DNA of 64,000 nucleotides from Candidatus Falkowbacteria bacterium RIFOXYA2_FULL_38_12 (GTDB taxonomy: Bacteria > Patescibacteriota > Patescibacteriia > XYB2-FULL-38-15). The position numbers and the translations under genes were made by a program. Shown here piece after piece: positions 1 through 8,948 of this stretch. The first letter of the stretch is position 1. Every line of letters starts with the position of its first letter. The stretch spans positions 46,811 through 110,810 of the forward strand of contig MFGA01000023.1 in NCBI GenBank assembly GCA_001778095.1, read 5' to 3'. The notes below the pieces were generated by a model. That model saw nothing but the letters and a program-made list of their open reading frames with translations, did not search any database and was not told where the DNA came from.

Positions 1-240
1 AGAATAGATATACTCAACTGTCGCCTGATTGCCGATTCTTTTTGATCCAAATGTTTTTTTATCCAAAACGATAGCTTTAACGGTGCGCTCTATTTTCATT
101 TTTCCCAAGGGTCCACTGAAAATAACAAATTCTCTAAATCCCCTGCCTTCCATTTCGCCCAACTCTTCTTTTCCCTCCTCCACAATTTCAAACTTTTCTT
201 TAATTTTAGATTTTGCGTCAAGCCATTTTTCGTCAGTCAT
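1..240 (-). CDS. Hypothetical protein, 3' end outside the window
   Basis: Manually translated open frame from ATG at 240: MTDEKWLDAKSKIKEKFEIVEEGKEELGEMEGRGFREFVIFSGPLGKMKIERTVKAIVLDKKTFGSKRIGNQATVEYIYS, no stop before position 1; not in the ORF track. Confidence 0.8.
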   Translation of the reverse strand, partial: MTDEKWLDAKSKIKEKFEIVEEGKEELGEMEGRGFREFVIFSGPLGKMKIERTVKAIVLDKKTFGSKRIGNQATVEYIYS

Positions 241-293
241 AGAAATTAAAAGTTAAAAGAAATAAATCAAATCAAAAAACTCCAAAGCTTAAG

Positions 294-1283
294 TTAATTC
301 GAGAAACTACGGGAGAGGCGGAGGCCAAGATAGTAACGTGCATAGCTGGGAGTGTTGGCAGTGACATGCAGCCGCCGAGCATCCGAATACCAGCCCGAGA
401 GCACGACCCCAGAACCGGAGAAGGATTTCATAAGCCATGTCCAGTCGTTTTCACCAAAATGTTTGTGATTTTCTTCAAAATACATTCTCTGAAGAATCTC
501 GCATTCTTCTAAAGACAGACTCTCGGCTTTGATTTTAATTTTTTGTCCGCTGATTTTTACTTCAAAATCAACAGGCAGATCCTGGCCTTTAGAGATTCTG
601 CTTTTAACCTCAGCTTGGTCCATACCCGTCAAGGCCATGATATCTTTCCACGTGGTAGCTTTGAGTAGCGGATGATCCGCCAAATTTTGCGAGGAATGAA
701 CTAAAATAATTTTATATTTGCTTTCCGGAACGGAACTAATATTTTGTTGATCTCCCACCAAACGGTAGTAGGTGGCGGCAACGTTGCCTTTGCCCGCACA
801 CTCACTCATGGTTTCAATAAGCTTGCTGTTGAGACATTCTTCTTTTGGCAGGTTGTCCGGAATAATGAGGATGGAGTCATAGTTATACTTTTCAATTTCA
901 CCTTTAATTTCCGTATAATTTTTTTTCCATATTTCCCTGACTACGGATTCGTTGATTTCTATACCGAGTTTAGACTTGTAGAATTCTTTTTGCTCTTCTA
1001 TGGTCTTATTAAAGTTGATTTCTATTTCTTGGTCTGCTTTTCGCTCTTCTTTACTAGTTATTTCTTCATATTGTAAATAAAGATCAAAAGCTTCTTGTTC
1101 AGCCTCCTTATCACCATATTCTTTCCATTTTTTCAATGCTTCCTCTATTCTTTTCCGCAAAAAAATTATCTTTTTTTCACTAGGAGTCAAGTCATTTTCC
1201 CTTTTACAAAGAAAACTTTGGCCATAAAAATTACTAGGTATTAATTCCTCTATTGTCGGCCTTTTCCTATAACCTTCTCTCAT
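294..1283 (-). CDS. Hypothetical protein with DGR-target-like (CLec-type) C-terminal variable region
   Basis: 329 aa; C-terminus WTWL..SGSGVVLSGWYSDARRLHVTANTPSYARYYLGLRLSRSF; 301-420 is 60% GC (72/120) in an AT-rich gene. Confidence 0.65.
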   Translation of the reverse strand: MREGYRKRPTIEELIPSNFYGQSFLCKRENDLTPSEKKIIFLRKRIEEALKKWKEYGDKEAEQEAFDLYLQYEEITSKEERKADQEIEINFNKTIEEQKEFYKSKLGIEINESVVREIWKKNYTEIKGEIEKYNYDSILIIPDNLPKEECLNSKLIETMSECAGKGNVAATYYRLVGDQQNISSVPESKYKIILVHSSQNLADHPLLKATTWKDIMALTGMDQAEVKSRISKGQDLPVDFEVKISGQKIKIKAESLSLEECEILQRMYFEENHKHFGENDWTWLMKSFSGSGVVLSGWYSDARRLHVTANTPSYARYYLGLRLSRSFSN

Positions 1284-1293
1284 AAAATTTAAA

Positions 1294-2571
1294 TTATTCT
1301 AAATATTTTCTTCCCTCTAACCCCTCTGGCATATATTCTTGCTCTACGGGTTTATTAAAATCCGGATTATATTTATATCCCGCGCCGTAACCGATATTTT
1401 TCATTAATTCTGTCGGCGCGTTTCGCAAGTGAAGCGGAACGGGATCATTGCCTCGTTCTTCAATGTCCTTTTTTACTTTTCCGTAGGCAATATAAAGAGA
1501 GTTTGATTTTGTCGCTTTAGCCAAATAGACAACCGCTTGAGCCAAAATCACATTGCATTCCGGAACGCCGATATAGTGGCAGGCGGTAAAAGCAGAAGAA
1601 GCTTGCACCAAAGCTTCCGGATCAGCCAAACCAATATCCTCTGAAGCAAAACGAATTAATCGGCGAGCGATGAAAAGCGGATCTTCTCCGGCTTCCAGCA
1701 TTCTCGCCATCCAATATAGCGAAGCGTCCGGATCGCTTCCCCGCATTGATTTATGAAGGGCGGAAATAATATTGTAATGTTCTTCTCCGGCGCGGTCATA
1801 AATCAAATTTGTCTTTTGCAGAGCCTCTGTGATTATCTCCTGATCCAATTGTACCATTTTTTGCTCTCCCTTGCGACTTGCTTTAATTGCTATTTCTAGC
1901 GCGTTCAAGGCAGTGCGCGCGTCGCCGTTGGACATTATTGCCAAAAAATCCAAAGTTTTTTCTGTCACTTGAATATCCAGATAACCGAATCCTTTTTCTT
2001 TGTCGGACATTGCTCGTTTTATTATCAATTTAAGATTTTCCGGACTCAAGGGCTTTATAACAAAAACTCGGCATCTTGATAAAAGCGCCGAATTAACCTC
2101 AAAAGAAGGATTTTCCGTGGTTGCCCCTATTAAAATAATGATTCCGTTTTCCACAAACGGCAAAAGGGCGTCTTGCTGGGCTTTATTCCAACGATGTATT
2201 TCATCAATAAATAAAATTGTCCGCTCATTTCGCATTTTTCGCTTATCCTCGGCCTCGCTTATTACCCTTTTCAAATCAGCTTTTCCGGAAGAAGTCGCGC
2301 TAATGCTCTCAAAATTTGATTTTGTCAGTTTGGCGACAATTTTTGCCAAGGTTGTTTTTCCCGAGCCGGGCGGTCCCCAAAAAAGCATAGAAAAAAGTTC
2401 GTCTTTTTCTATAGCGCGACGCAACAATTTTCCCTCACTGATAATTTCTTCTTGGCCAAAAAAATCATCCAATGTTTCCGGCCGGATTCTATCGGCAAGA
2501 GGAGCGTCTTTTTTCAAATATTGATTGAATTGGTTATCAAACAAACCAACTTTTTGATTTATTGGCGTCAT
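1294..2571 (-). CDS. rarA: Replication-associated recombination protein A (RarA/MgsA AAA+ ATPase)
   Basis: PLADRIRP, GPPGSGKTT, FIDEIHRWNKAQQDALLP, ISALHKSMRGSD, ASEDIGLADP, VPLHLRNAPT; start moved to ATG 2571 because the upstream ATG lies in a repeat. Confidence 0.95.
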   Translation of the reverse strand: MTPINQKVGLFDNQFNQYLKKDAPLADRIRPETLDDFFGQEEIISEGKLLRRAIEKDELFSMLFWGPPGSGKTTLAKIVAKLTKSNFESISATSSGKADLKRVISEAEDKRKMRNERTILFIDEIHRWNKAQQDALLPFVENGIIILIGATTENPSFEVNSALLSRCRVFVIKPLSPENLKLIIKRAMSDKEKGFGYLDIQVTEKTLDFLAIMSNGDARTALNALEIAIKASRKGEQKMVQLDQEIITEALQKTNLIYDRAGEEHYNIISALHKSMRGSDPDASLYWMARMLEAGEDPLFIARRLIRFASEDIGLADPEALVQASSAFTACHYIGVPECNVILAQAVVYLAKATKSNSLYIAYGKVKKDIEERGNDPVPLHLRNAPTELMKNIGYGAGYKYNPDFNKPVEQEYMPEGLEGRKYLE

Positions 2572-2583
2572 AATAAAAAAATA

Positions 2584-2683
2584 TGTCATTTTCGCCCGCC
2601 TTCGCTATGGCTCCGGCGAGACAAGCGCAGGAGGGAATCTACTTTTTTTAGAAGAGTGGATCCCCGCCTGCGCGAGGATGACA
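2584..2683. repeat. REP-like palindromic doublet (GTCAT...ATGAC) with a nested ~31-nt second palindrome
   Basis: GTCATTTTCGC[CCGCCTTCGCTATGGCTCCGGCGAGACAAGC]GCAGGAGGGAATC pairs with GATCCCCGCCTGCGCGAGGATGAC once the bracketed part is removed. Confidence 0.8.
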
Positions 2684-2689
2684 GTAAAA

Positions 2690-3970
2690 TCAGAAACTGC
2701 TCAAATTTTTTAGAACAAACTCCTCGCTGTACCATTTTTTTCTTAATTCTCCGGCAAGAAAGAATGAACCGGTCACTAAAATAGCATCTTCAGGCGAAGC
2801 TAATTTCAAAACCATATCTAGCGCCTGACTTGGATCATGCAACACGGTTATTTTTGCTTTTGAATTTTTATAACGAGAAAAGAATTCCGCTAAATCTTTT
2901 GGCGGGGCGCATTTTCTTTCGCTAACCAGGTAACGAGTACAAAAAACATGATCGGCAACTGGCGCGATAATTTTTACAATTTCTTCCACTTCTTTATTTT
3001 TAGCAATGGAAAAAACTAAAAATAACTTTTTGTATTTTATTTTTTTAAGGTTGGCTATTGTGGAACTTATCTTGGAAAAATTGTGAGCTCCGTCAAGAAT
3101 AACGATCGGATTTTTTTGGACAATTTCAAAGCGACAAGGTAGCTTGGTTTTTTCGAGCCCAATCGCGATATCTTTTTCGCTTATGCCGATGTGACGCGCG
3201 ACGGCAGAAACAAGCGAGGCGTTAATTTCTTTTACGTCCTCGCTTTTATTTTTAATAAAATTGAATTTAACTTTTTCTTTTTGGCAAATTTCTTCAAAAA
3301 TTTTAAGCAAGCGCGGTCTTTGCTCTGTCGTGAAAAAAACCGAGCCCTTTTTTATAATCCCGGCTTTATCATAAGCAATCTTTTTTAATGTTTTTCCCAG
3401 AATATGCGTGTGGTCGTAATTGATATTGGTAATCACGGTGGCAACAGGATTTTGAATAATATTAGTTGCGTCATATCGCCCCCCGCATCCAACCTCGGCA
3501 ACAACCCAATCGCATTTTTTCCTCGCAAAATAAACTAGGGATATGGCAAAAAATAGTTCAAAGTAAGATGGCCCGCCGTATGGGCTGGTCACAAAAGCCT
3601 TGTCTATGTGTGGCTTTAAATACGCTAAAATATCCGCGAACTCATCGGGCGGAATATATTTATCATTAACCCTGATTTTTTCTATTGAGGTAGTGGCAAA
3701 AGGAGAAGTAAAAAGACCGACATTTTTCCCCGAGGCAAAAAGTACTTCTTGGAGCATCGTCGCTACCGTCCCCTTACCGGAAGTCCCCGTAACGTGAATA
3801 AACTTAAAATTTTTATCAGGATCTCCCAAAAGATGGAGAAAGTACCTCATTCTTTTTGTGTAGATACTCTCATCAATCTTGTGATCTTTTTTCATGTAAT
3901 CACTGGACAGAACATTGGAAAGACCCTCAATAAACCTCACCGCCTCATAGTATTTTTCAAACTTATCCAT
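2690..3970 (-). CDS. folC: Folylpolyglutamate synthase/dihydrofolate synthase
   Basis: IHVTGTSGKGT, GLFTSP, EVGCGGRYDATN, DHTHILG, KAGIIK, ILDGAHN, VTGSFFLAG. Confidence 0.93.
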   Translation of the reverse strand: MDKFEKYYEAVRFIEGLSNVLSSDYMKKDHKIDESIYTKRMRYFLHLLGDPDKNFKFIHVTGTSGKGTVATMLQEVLFASGKNVGLFTSPFATTSIEKIRVNDKYIPPDEFADILAYLKPHIDKAFVTSPYGGPSYFELFFAISLVYFARKKCDWVVAEVGCGGRYDATNIIQNPVATVITNINYDHTHILGKTLKKIAYDKAGIIKKGSVFFTTEQRPRLLKIFEEICQKEKVKFNFIKNKSEDVKEINASLVSAVARHIGISEKDIAIGLEKTKLPCRFEIVQKNPIVILDGAHNFSKISSTIANLKKIKYKKLFLVFSIAKNKEVEEIVKIIAPVADHVFCTRYLVSERKCAPPKDLAEFFSRYKNSKAKITVLHDPSQALDMVLKLASPEDAILVTGSFFLAGELRKKWYSEEFVLKNLSSF

Positions 3971-3973
3971 AGT

Positions 3974-4678
3974 TTACGATAGACGACTCAGAAGACCGGC
4001 CCAAACATATTTTTTATCTACCAAAAATTCCAATTTGACCCATTTTTTTTCAACTAAAATATTCAAGACATTATTAAAAACCAAATACGTGGCCATAATG
4101 CCAAAGGCGAAGAGAATGCGTTCCATGGCAACGACCGGAATAAGGGATGTCCAGATCGCTTTAGAGAGACCAAAAACATAAAGATAAAGGGTGCTTCCGA
4201 CCGCGTGCGCCGTAAAAGTTGTTCCTAGGCTACGCCCCAGTAAAGATTTATCGCGGAGAAAATAGCAAACTATCGGGATCAGCCAATACATTGAATAATA
4301 CCAGGCTTGGCGGCCGATTGGGTGGGAGATAAAAGCAACGATGGCAATGGCCGGAATGATAATATTCGCTTTTCCTTTTTTGGCGAAATAAAGAGCGGCG
4401 AAGAGCATGGGAAAAAATTTAATGATCGTGCCCGGATCAATAACGTTTGCGCCATGGATTAAAAAGTTAGCCAATTGCATTAAAAAAATAGCAATAATTC
4501 CCGGGACTAAACCGATAAAACCGGAAGCAACCGGACCAAAAAAATCAAAAAGAGTAAATTTGGTTTTTGATCCGACGATCTGGGCAACGGGAACTTGCAA
4601 AGCGATTAACCCGATAACCGCAAAAATCACGATAAATAAAATGTTCTTTTTGTTAAAATAGTCTTTTATGTTTTTCAT
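3974..4678 (-). CDS. Multi-pass membrane protein, ECF S-component-like
   Basis: 234 aa, about 6-7 hydrophobic segments, FFGPVASGFIGLVPG segment; 3 bp upstream of folC. Confidence 0.55.
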   Translation of the reverse strand: MKNIKDYFNKKNILFIVIFAVIGLIALQVPVAQIVGSKTKFTLFDFFGPVASGFIGLVPGIIAIFLMQLANFLIHGANVIDPGTIIKFFPMLFAALYFAKKGKANIIIPAIAIVAFISHPIGRQAWYYSMYWLIPIVCYFLRDKSLLGRSLGTTFTAHAVGSTLYLYVFGLSKAIWTSLIPVVAMERILFAFGIMATYLVFNNVLNILVEKKWVKLEFLVDKKYVWAGLLSRLS

Positions 4679-4771
4679 AAATATTTGATATTAGAAAATG
4701 ATTAAATTTGTGCGTTCTCGCTAAAATAAAAATTAGACCATAGTTTTTTGATAGTGGTTAATTACGAGGAG

Positions 4772-4800
4772 ATTATACCTTTTTTTCGGATTTTCGTCTA
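4772..4800 (-). promoter_or_regulatory. Sigma70-type promoter for the membrane protein-folC unit
   Basis: TAGACG-N17-TATAAT on the minus strand. Confidence 0.6.
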
Positions 4801-4813
4801 CTACAAATAATAT

Positions 4814-4842
4814 TTTACAATTCGGCATCATAGTGTTAAGAT
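4814..4842 (+). promoter_or_regulatory. Sigma70-type promoter for tRNA-Pro
   Basis: TTTACA-N17-TAAGAT with extended -10 TG, 11 nt before the tRNA. Confidence 0.7.
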
Positions 4843-4853
4843 AAAAACAATTT

Positions 4854-4925
4854 CGGGGACTAGTTCATCGGCAGAACGCTCGGTTCGGGACCGAGAGGCA
4901 GAGGGTTCAATTCCCTCGTCCCCGA
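4854..4925 (+). tRNA. tRNA-Pro(CGG), CCA not encoded
   Basis: Acceptor CGGGGAC/GTCCCCG, anticodon arm CTCGG-TT-CGG-GA-CCGAG, T arm GAGGG-TTCAATT-CCCTC. Confidence 0.96.
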
Positions 4926-4930
4926 TTTTA

Positions 4931-4973
4931 GTCCGCCGAAGCTTTAGCGGAAGCGACCACGCTTAGCGTGGTC
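4931..4973. repeat. Two abutting short palindromes downstream of tRNA-Pro
   Basis: GTCCGCCGAAGCTTTAGCGGAAGCGAC (related to the inserts at 2596 and in murC) overlapping GACCACGCTTAGCGTGGTC. Confidence 0.65.
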
Positions 4974-5017
4974 AACGGACAGCTCAGCTGATCGACCAAA
5001 TAAGCTGTTTTTAAAAT

Positions 5018-6313
5018 ATGAATGAAAACGAATTTGATATTATAGTTGTCGGCGCCAGTTTCGCAGGAATGTCCTTTGTTCGCAACCTCCCAAGAAATTC
5101 AAATTTAAAAATTTTAGTAGTTGACGCAAAGGTGGCAATTGGCGCAACAGTTGAATCAACCGGACTCATAACCGAACATACAAGACGGTTATTCTCCGGT
5201 TTTTTTGATATAGACCAATATATAACCAATAAAATTACAACTATCGGTGTAATAACCACCGATTTCGAAGAATGCTTTTTCTCCAAACAACCAACGCCGT
5301 GGATTTACCAAACGGACACCAAAAAGCTTATCCAATCGCTAGCTTCCAATTTGCCTCCAAATGTAACCGTCTGGCCGGATACCTTTTATCTAGAAAACGA
5401 CAAGCCGGATGACTTTGGATGGATGAATATCACTCTTACGAAACAAGGGAAAAATGTTAATCTGAAAACAAAATTTTTGATTGGCGCCGATGGCGGAAAC
5501 TCAAGGGTGGCAAAAATAAATAATCTAGACGAAAATAAAAAATTCCTCTTCGGAATCGAGGAAGTTTATTTTGGAAAAATTAATCTCGGACCAAATCCTA
5601 ATGAAACAATTTACCATTTTTGGTTTGGCGAGTTTTCTCTAGGCTATGGCGGTTGGCTCTCCTCAACAATAATTGAGGGAAGGCCGGCCTTTCGTATCGG
5701 CCTTGCTAAAAAGATTGGCGACAGTAAAGATTCCAAGAAAATATTACAACAGTTCACGACAATACTTCTTCAGAAAAAAATTATTACGATTGAAAATCAA
5801 GACAACTCCTCTTGCGGGACTTACGGTAGCAACATCCCTATTGGTGGACCTCTCCAAAAATTTTATTGTACCGGGGTTATGTTAATTGGCGACGCAGCCG
5901 GATTCTGTGGAGCATTTTCCGCCGATGGCATAAAAGGCGCGGTGATTTCTGGTATTGAATCGGCAAAAATAGTCTCTACGTATCTTTCGTGTAAACTTCC
6001 CGACAACTCAATTTTGAAGAGCCTCCACACTAGAATGAACGCTCACCATAATGTAATCACATATTACAAAAAACAAATATTCTACCGTTTTGTCTGGGAC
6101 ATAATGCGATCAAATCGGACATTCAGGCAAATGTTTAAAATAATCAAGAAAGAAAAAGAGGGATTCTTAAAACAATTCTGCGACAGCAAGGAAAAAGGTA
6201 AGGGATTGATTTTTGTAGTTTTAAAATTACGCAATATTCCCAGCTTAATTTTATACGCCTTTTATTTATTAATAGATTTATTTAAAAGTAAATCCGTTAA
6301 AAACACTGATTAA
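5018..6313 (+). CDS. FAD-dependent oxidoreductase, geranylgeranyl reductase-like
   Basis: DIIVVGASFAG, LIGADGGNSRVAK, GYGGW, IPIGGP, LIGDAAGFCGAFSADGIKGA. Confidence 0.85.
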   Translation: MNENEFDIIVVGASFAGMSFVRNLPRNSNLKILVVDAKVAIGATVESTGLITEHTRRLFSGFFDIDQYITNKITTIGVITTDFEECFFSKQPTPWIYQTDTKKLIQSLASNLPPNVTVWPDTFYLENDKPDDFGWMNITLTKQGKNVNLKTKFLIGADGGNSRVAKINNLDENKKFLFGIEEVYFGKINLGPNPNETIYHFWFGEFSLGYGGWLSSTIIEGRPAFRIGLAKKIGDSKDSKKILQQFTTILLQKKIITIENQDNSSCGTYGSNIPIGGPLQKFYCTGVMLIGDAAGFCGAFSADGIKGAVISGIESAKIVSTYLSCKLPDNSILKSLHTRMNAHHNVITYYKKQIFYRFVWDIMRSNRTFRQMFKIIKKEKEGFLKQFCDSKEKGKGLIFVVLKLRNIPSLILYAFYLLIDLFKSKSVKNTD

Positions 6314-6329
6314 GTTGATGGTTAAAAAT

Positions 6330-6360
6330 AAAATCCGCTAGCCTTACCAGCGGATTTTTT
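6330..6360. terminator. Bidirectional intrinsic terminator
   Basis: AAAATCCGCT...AGCGGATTTTTT between convergent genes. Confidence 0.8.
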
Positions 6361-6381
6361 GTATAAAAATTTAATTTAAGA

Positions 6382-8091
6382 TTATTCCACTTCTTTTTCA
6401 ATATTTTTAATTTCTTTGCCGACAATTTCCGCAATATTGTTTATATCTCTTTTAATCTTTCTAATATTTTTCTCTTCCTCTGTAAATTTAATTTTTGATC
6501 TTCTCTTTTCCAGCAGTTTAGCCTGCTCTTGAATGTCTTCTTTTAGTAAATCAATCGTTCTGTAAAGAGCATATGTGGCTTCGCGGGCTTCTCTGCGGAT
6601 TTTTTTGCGAAGTGAGAAAAATTTATTTAGAACAAACGTAATGATGGCAAGCAAAAGAATAATAATCGCGACAACGGCAAGAGTTAGAAAATCTTGATCC
6701 CCTATTTTCTGCTGACCAACAACAAAAGAAACTTTATCGGTTGGTTTGCTCTTAGCGCCAACGCTATTCACTGCCTCTGCCCAAAATTCATAATTTCCCG
6801 CTGTTGCGGTTTCTTTCGCAGTAAAAATAAAATTTCCGCTTTTATCACTGTCTATAATATAGTTTTTTACATCCTTTCCCTGTTTTTGCAACCATAGGGA
6901 AACTCGGGTACCCGAGCCTGTTGCGCCTTTAAAAATAATTTTTTCTCCACTTTTGATTCCCTTCGGATAATCGATAATGTTGGGCATATCAAGTGGAGTA
7001 ATTTCAAATTCCGCCGAATCACCGACGGCATTACCCGCCTTATCTACAGCTCTTACATTTAAAATATGTTTACCAAAAATAAGCACCGAAGTTTCAAAAA
7101 TTCCATCTTCGTTTCCTTCCCAGATTTGCGTATTTTCTTTATCAATATCTATTTCATAGTAATCAATTCCGGATGTTCTATCTTCTGCTTGAATTTTAAA
7201 CTTAACCTTTGGATTAGTCAGATCTTCTCTCTTTTGCTCTTCTATTCTAAGACTAACTGGTTTTTCCATATCTATTTGAAAACGGAAATGAAAAATACTT
7301 CCCCAACCTGCGTCATTTTTTAAACGCGCGTGAAAATACCAAGTGCCATCCGACAAATCAAAAATCTCCTTAGATGTAATTGCTGATGTATAAGTTGTCG
7401 TTGGGGTAGATCGAGGTATTTTACTGATAAGCAACTGCGCTCCCTTTATTCCCTGCGGGACTGTCCAAACGAACTTTGCGTCTTCTGATGCATACCATTT
7501 GTCCTGATCCGGATGTGTTGGCGAAGAAATGTGCGGCGCGGAAGGCTTGTCGGAAATCACAGGCGCCGGCTTCACCTCGGGAGTAGTGGGAGTAGCGGCG
7601 CCTATGCTAAATTTAGCAGTTCCCAAACTTTTTAAAATATTTGTGCCATTTCCGTCGTTAGCTAAAACTGAACTTGAGGAAAAATTCAAAAGAGCCTCTC
7701 CGGCCTTTTTCGCTTTAAAGTTTATTGTAATAAGCTTTCCGCTGGCCCCCTTAAATCCCGGATTTAAAACGATACCCTCAAAATTTATTTTCCCCGTACT
7801 GTTTTGGAATGAAGGTTCTTGAACCCAGAGACTAAGAATAGAGCCACCTTTTGAGATAGAGGATACTTCTAATTGATCCTTGGGAAAAGAAACCGTTCCG
7901 GAAACCGCATTCATGACTTGGTCGGAACTTGAAACATAAATACCGACTGAAAAAGAAGAATTTGAAGAATATGACCAGCTGGATGGAGAAAAATATAAAT
8001 TGGCCGCTTTAGCAAAAGCCGGCCAACAAACAAAAAAAATAATCGCTGAAGAAAAAAATAATAAAATTTTTACTTTTTGCCTCCTCGCCAT
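6382..8091 (-). CDS. Membrane-anchored surface protein: cohesin-like domain, Ig-like domains, C-terminal TM and coiled coil
   Basis: Signal peptide (AKA-ANLYFSP), MNAVSGTVSFPKDQLEV...LITINFKAKKAGEALLNF..VLANDGNGT, SPTHPDQDKWY, TM LAVVAIIILLLAIITFVL. Confidence 0.78.
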   Translation of the reverse strand: MARRQKVKILLFFSSAIIFFVCWPAFAKAANLYFSPSSWSYSSNSSFSVGIYVSSSDQVMNAVSGTVSFPKDQLEVSSISKGGSILSLWVQEPSFQNSTGKINFEGIVLNPGFKGASGKLITINFKAKKAGEALLNFSSSSVLANDGNGTNILKSLGTAKFSIGAATPTTPEVKPAPVISDKPSAPHISSPTHPDQDKWYASEDAKFVWTVPQGIKGAQLLISKIPRSTPTTTYTSAITSKEIFDLSDGTWYFHARLKNDAGWGSIFHFRFQIDMEKPVSLRIEEQKREDLTNPKVKFKIQAEDRTSGIDYYEIDIDKENTQIWEGNEDGIFETSVLIFGKHILNVRAVDKAGNAVGDSAEFEITPLDMPNIIDYPKGIKSGEKIIFKGATGSGTRVSLWLQKQGKDVKNYIIDSDKSGNFIFTAKETATAGNYEFWAEAVNSVGAKSKPTDKVSFVVGQQKIGDQDFLTLAVVAIIILLLAIITFVLNKFFSLRKKIRREAREATYALYRTIDLLKEDIQEQAKLLEKRRSKIKFTEEEKNIRKIKRDINNIAEIVGKEIKNIEKEVE

Positions 8092-8939
8092 AGAATTATC
8101 GAAATCAAATATCCAATTACTATTACTAATATAGTTATTATAGCAAAAATTAAATATCTTTCATACCATTTTTCAATTTTCTGTCGCGGTAAAATAGCAA
8201 CTCTCTCGTTTCCCTTTCTATCTATGGCCTTTACTGTGATCTCTTTGCTTAAATTTTGATTTTCTAAAAGATATGGGCTTTCCGCTATAACGCATTTTTT
8301 CCCTTCGCATACTTCGTAATGATCAATCCCCGAGACTTTATCTTGACTGCTGAAAACTAAAAACTGCTTACCATTAAATATTTCCGGATCGCTTGTCATT
8401 ATCAATTCAATCGGCTCGGGAGGCTCAATATCTTTTTCCTCGGGAGCAATGGAAGATGGAAAAAGCTGGTCTTGTTTTAAAATATAAAAACCAGGGTTAG
8501 ATGTTTTTATATTTGCCTCTGTCCCCTCCCCGTCATTTTTTAATATTTTTACATTGTTAATTCCAAAAATACCCTGTCCTTCTTTAAGAGATTGAAATAC
8601 TGCCGAGAAAACCAAACCCTTTTTATCGGAATAGCCTCCGGGAATAATTCCCGAAAACATAATTTCTCCATTACTATTCTTTGGTTTGTCAATCCAAAAA
8701 TTAATAATGGAGTTGCCGTCTCTTATCTCTTTTAGAGAAATGATTTCTTCGGGGAATATTATTTTCCCCTCAATCGCGTTAATATCTTCATCTTCCGTAT
8801 TAACAAAAAATCCCGCTTCAAAGATATCGCCGACCCGAAAAGTTTGATTTTTTATTTCAAAAATCGTCTCTGCAGCGAAAGTAAAACGGGCTAAGAACAA
8901 AAAAAATAATATAAAAGTAAAAACAATAATTTTCCGCAT
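8070..8939 (-). CDS. Membrane-anchored cohesin-like domain protein
   Basis: Signal peptide, INAIEGKIIFP, SIINFWI, FSGIIPGG, ILKNDGEGT, DKVSGIDHYEV, C-terminal TM. Confidence 0.78.
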   Translation of the reverse strand: MRKIIVFTFILFFLFLARFTFAAETIFEIKNQTFRVGDIFEAGFFVNTEDEDINAIEGKIIFPEEIISLKEIRDGNSIINFWIDKPKNSNGEIMFSGIIPGGYSDKKGLVFSAVFQSLKEGQGIFGINNVKILKNDGEGTEANIKTSNPGFYILKQDQLFPSSIAPEEKDIEPPEPIELIMTSDPEIFNGKQFLVFSSQDKVSGIDHYEVCEGKKCVIAESPYLLENQNLSKEITVKAIDRKGNERVAILPRQKIEKWYERYLIFAIITILVIVIGYLISIILWRGGKK

Positions 8940-8948
8940 AGTTTAAAA

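Noticed and set aside
4679-4765. THF riboswitch upstream of the folC unit
   Set aside because: AT-rich leader with no recognisable THF aptamer stems or terminator
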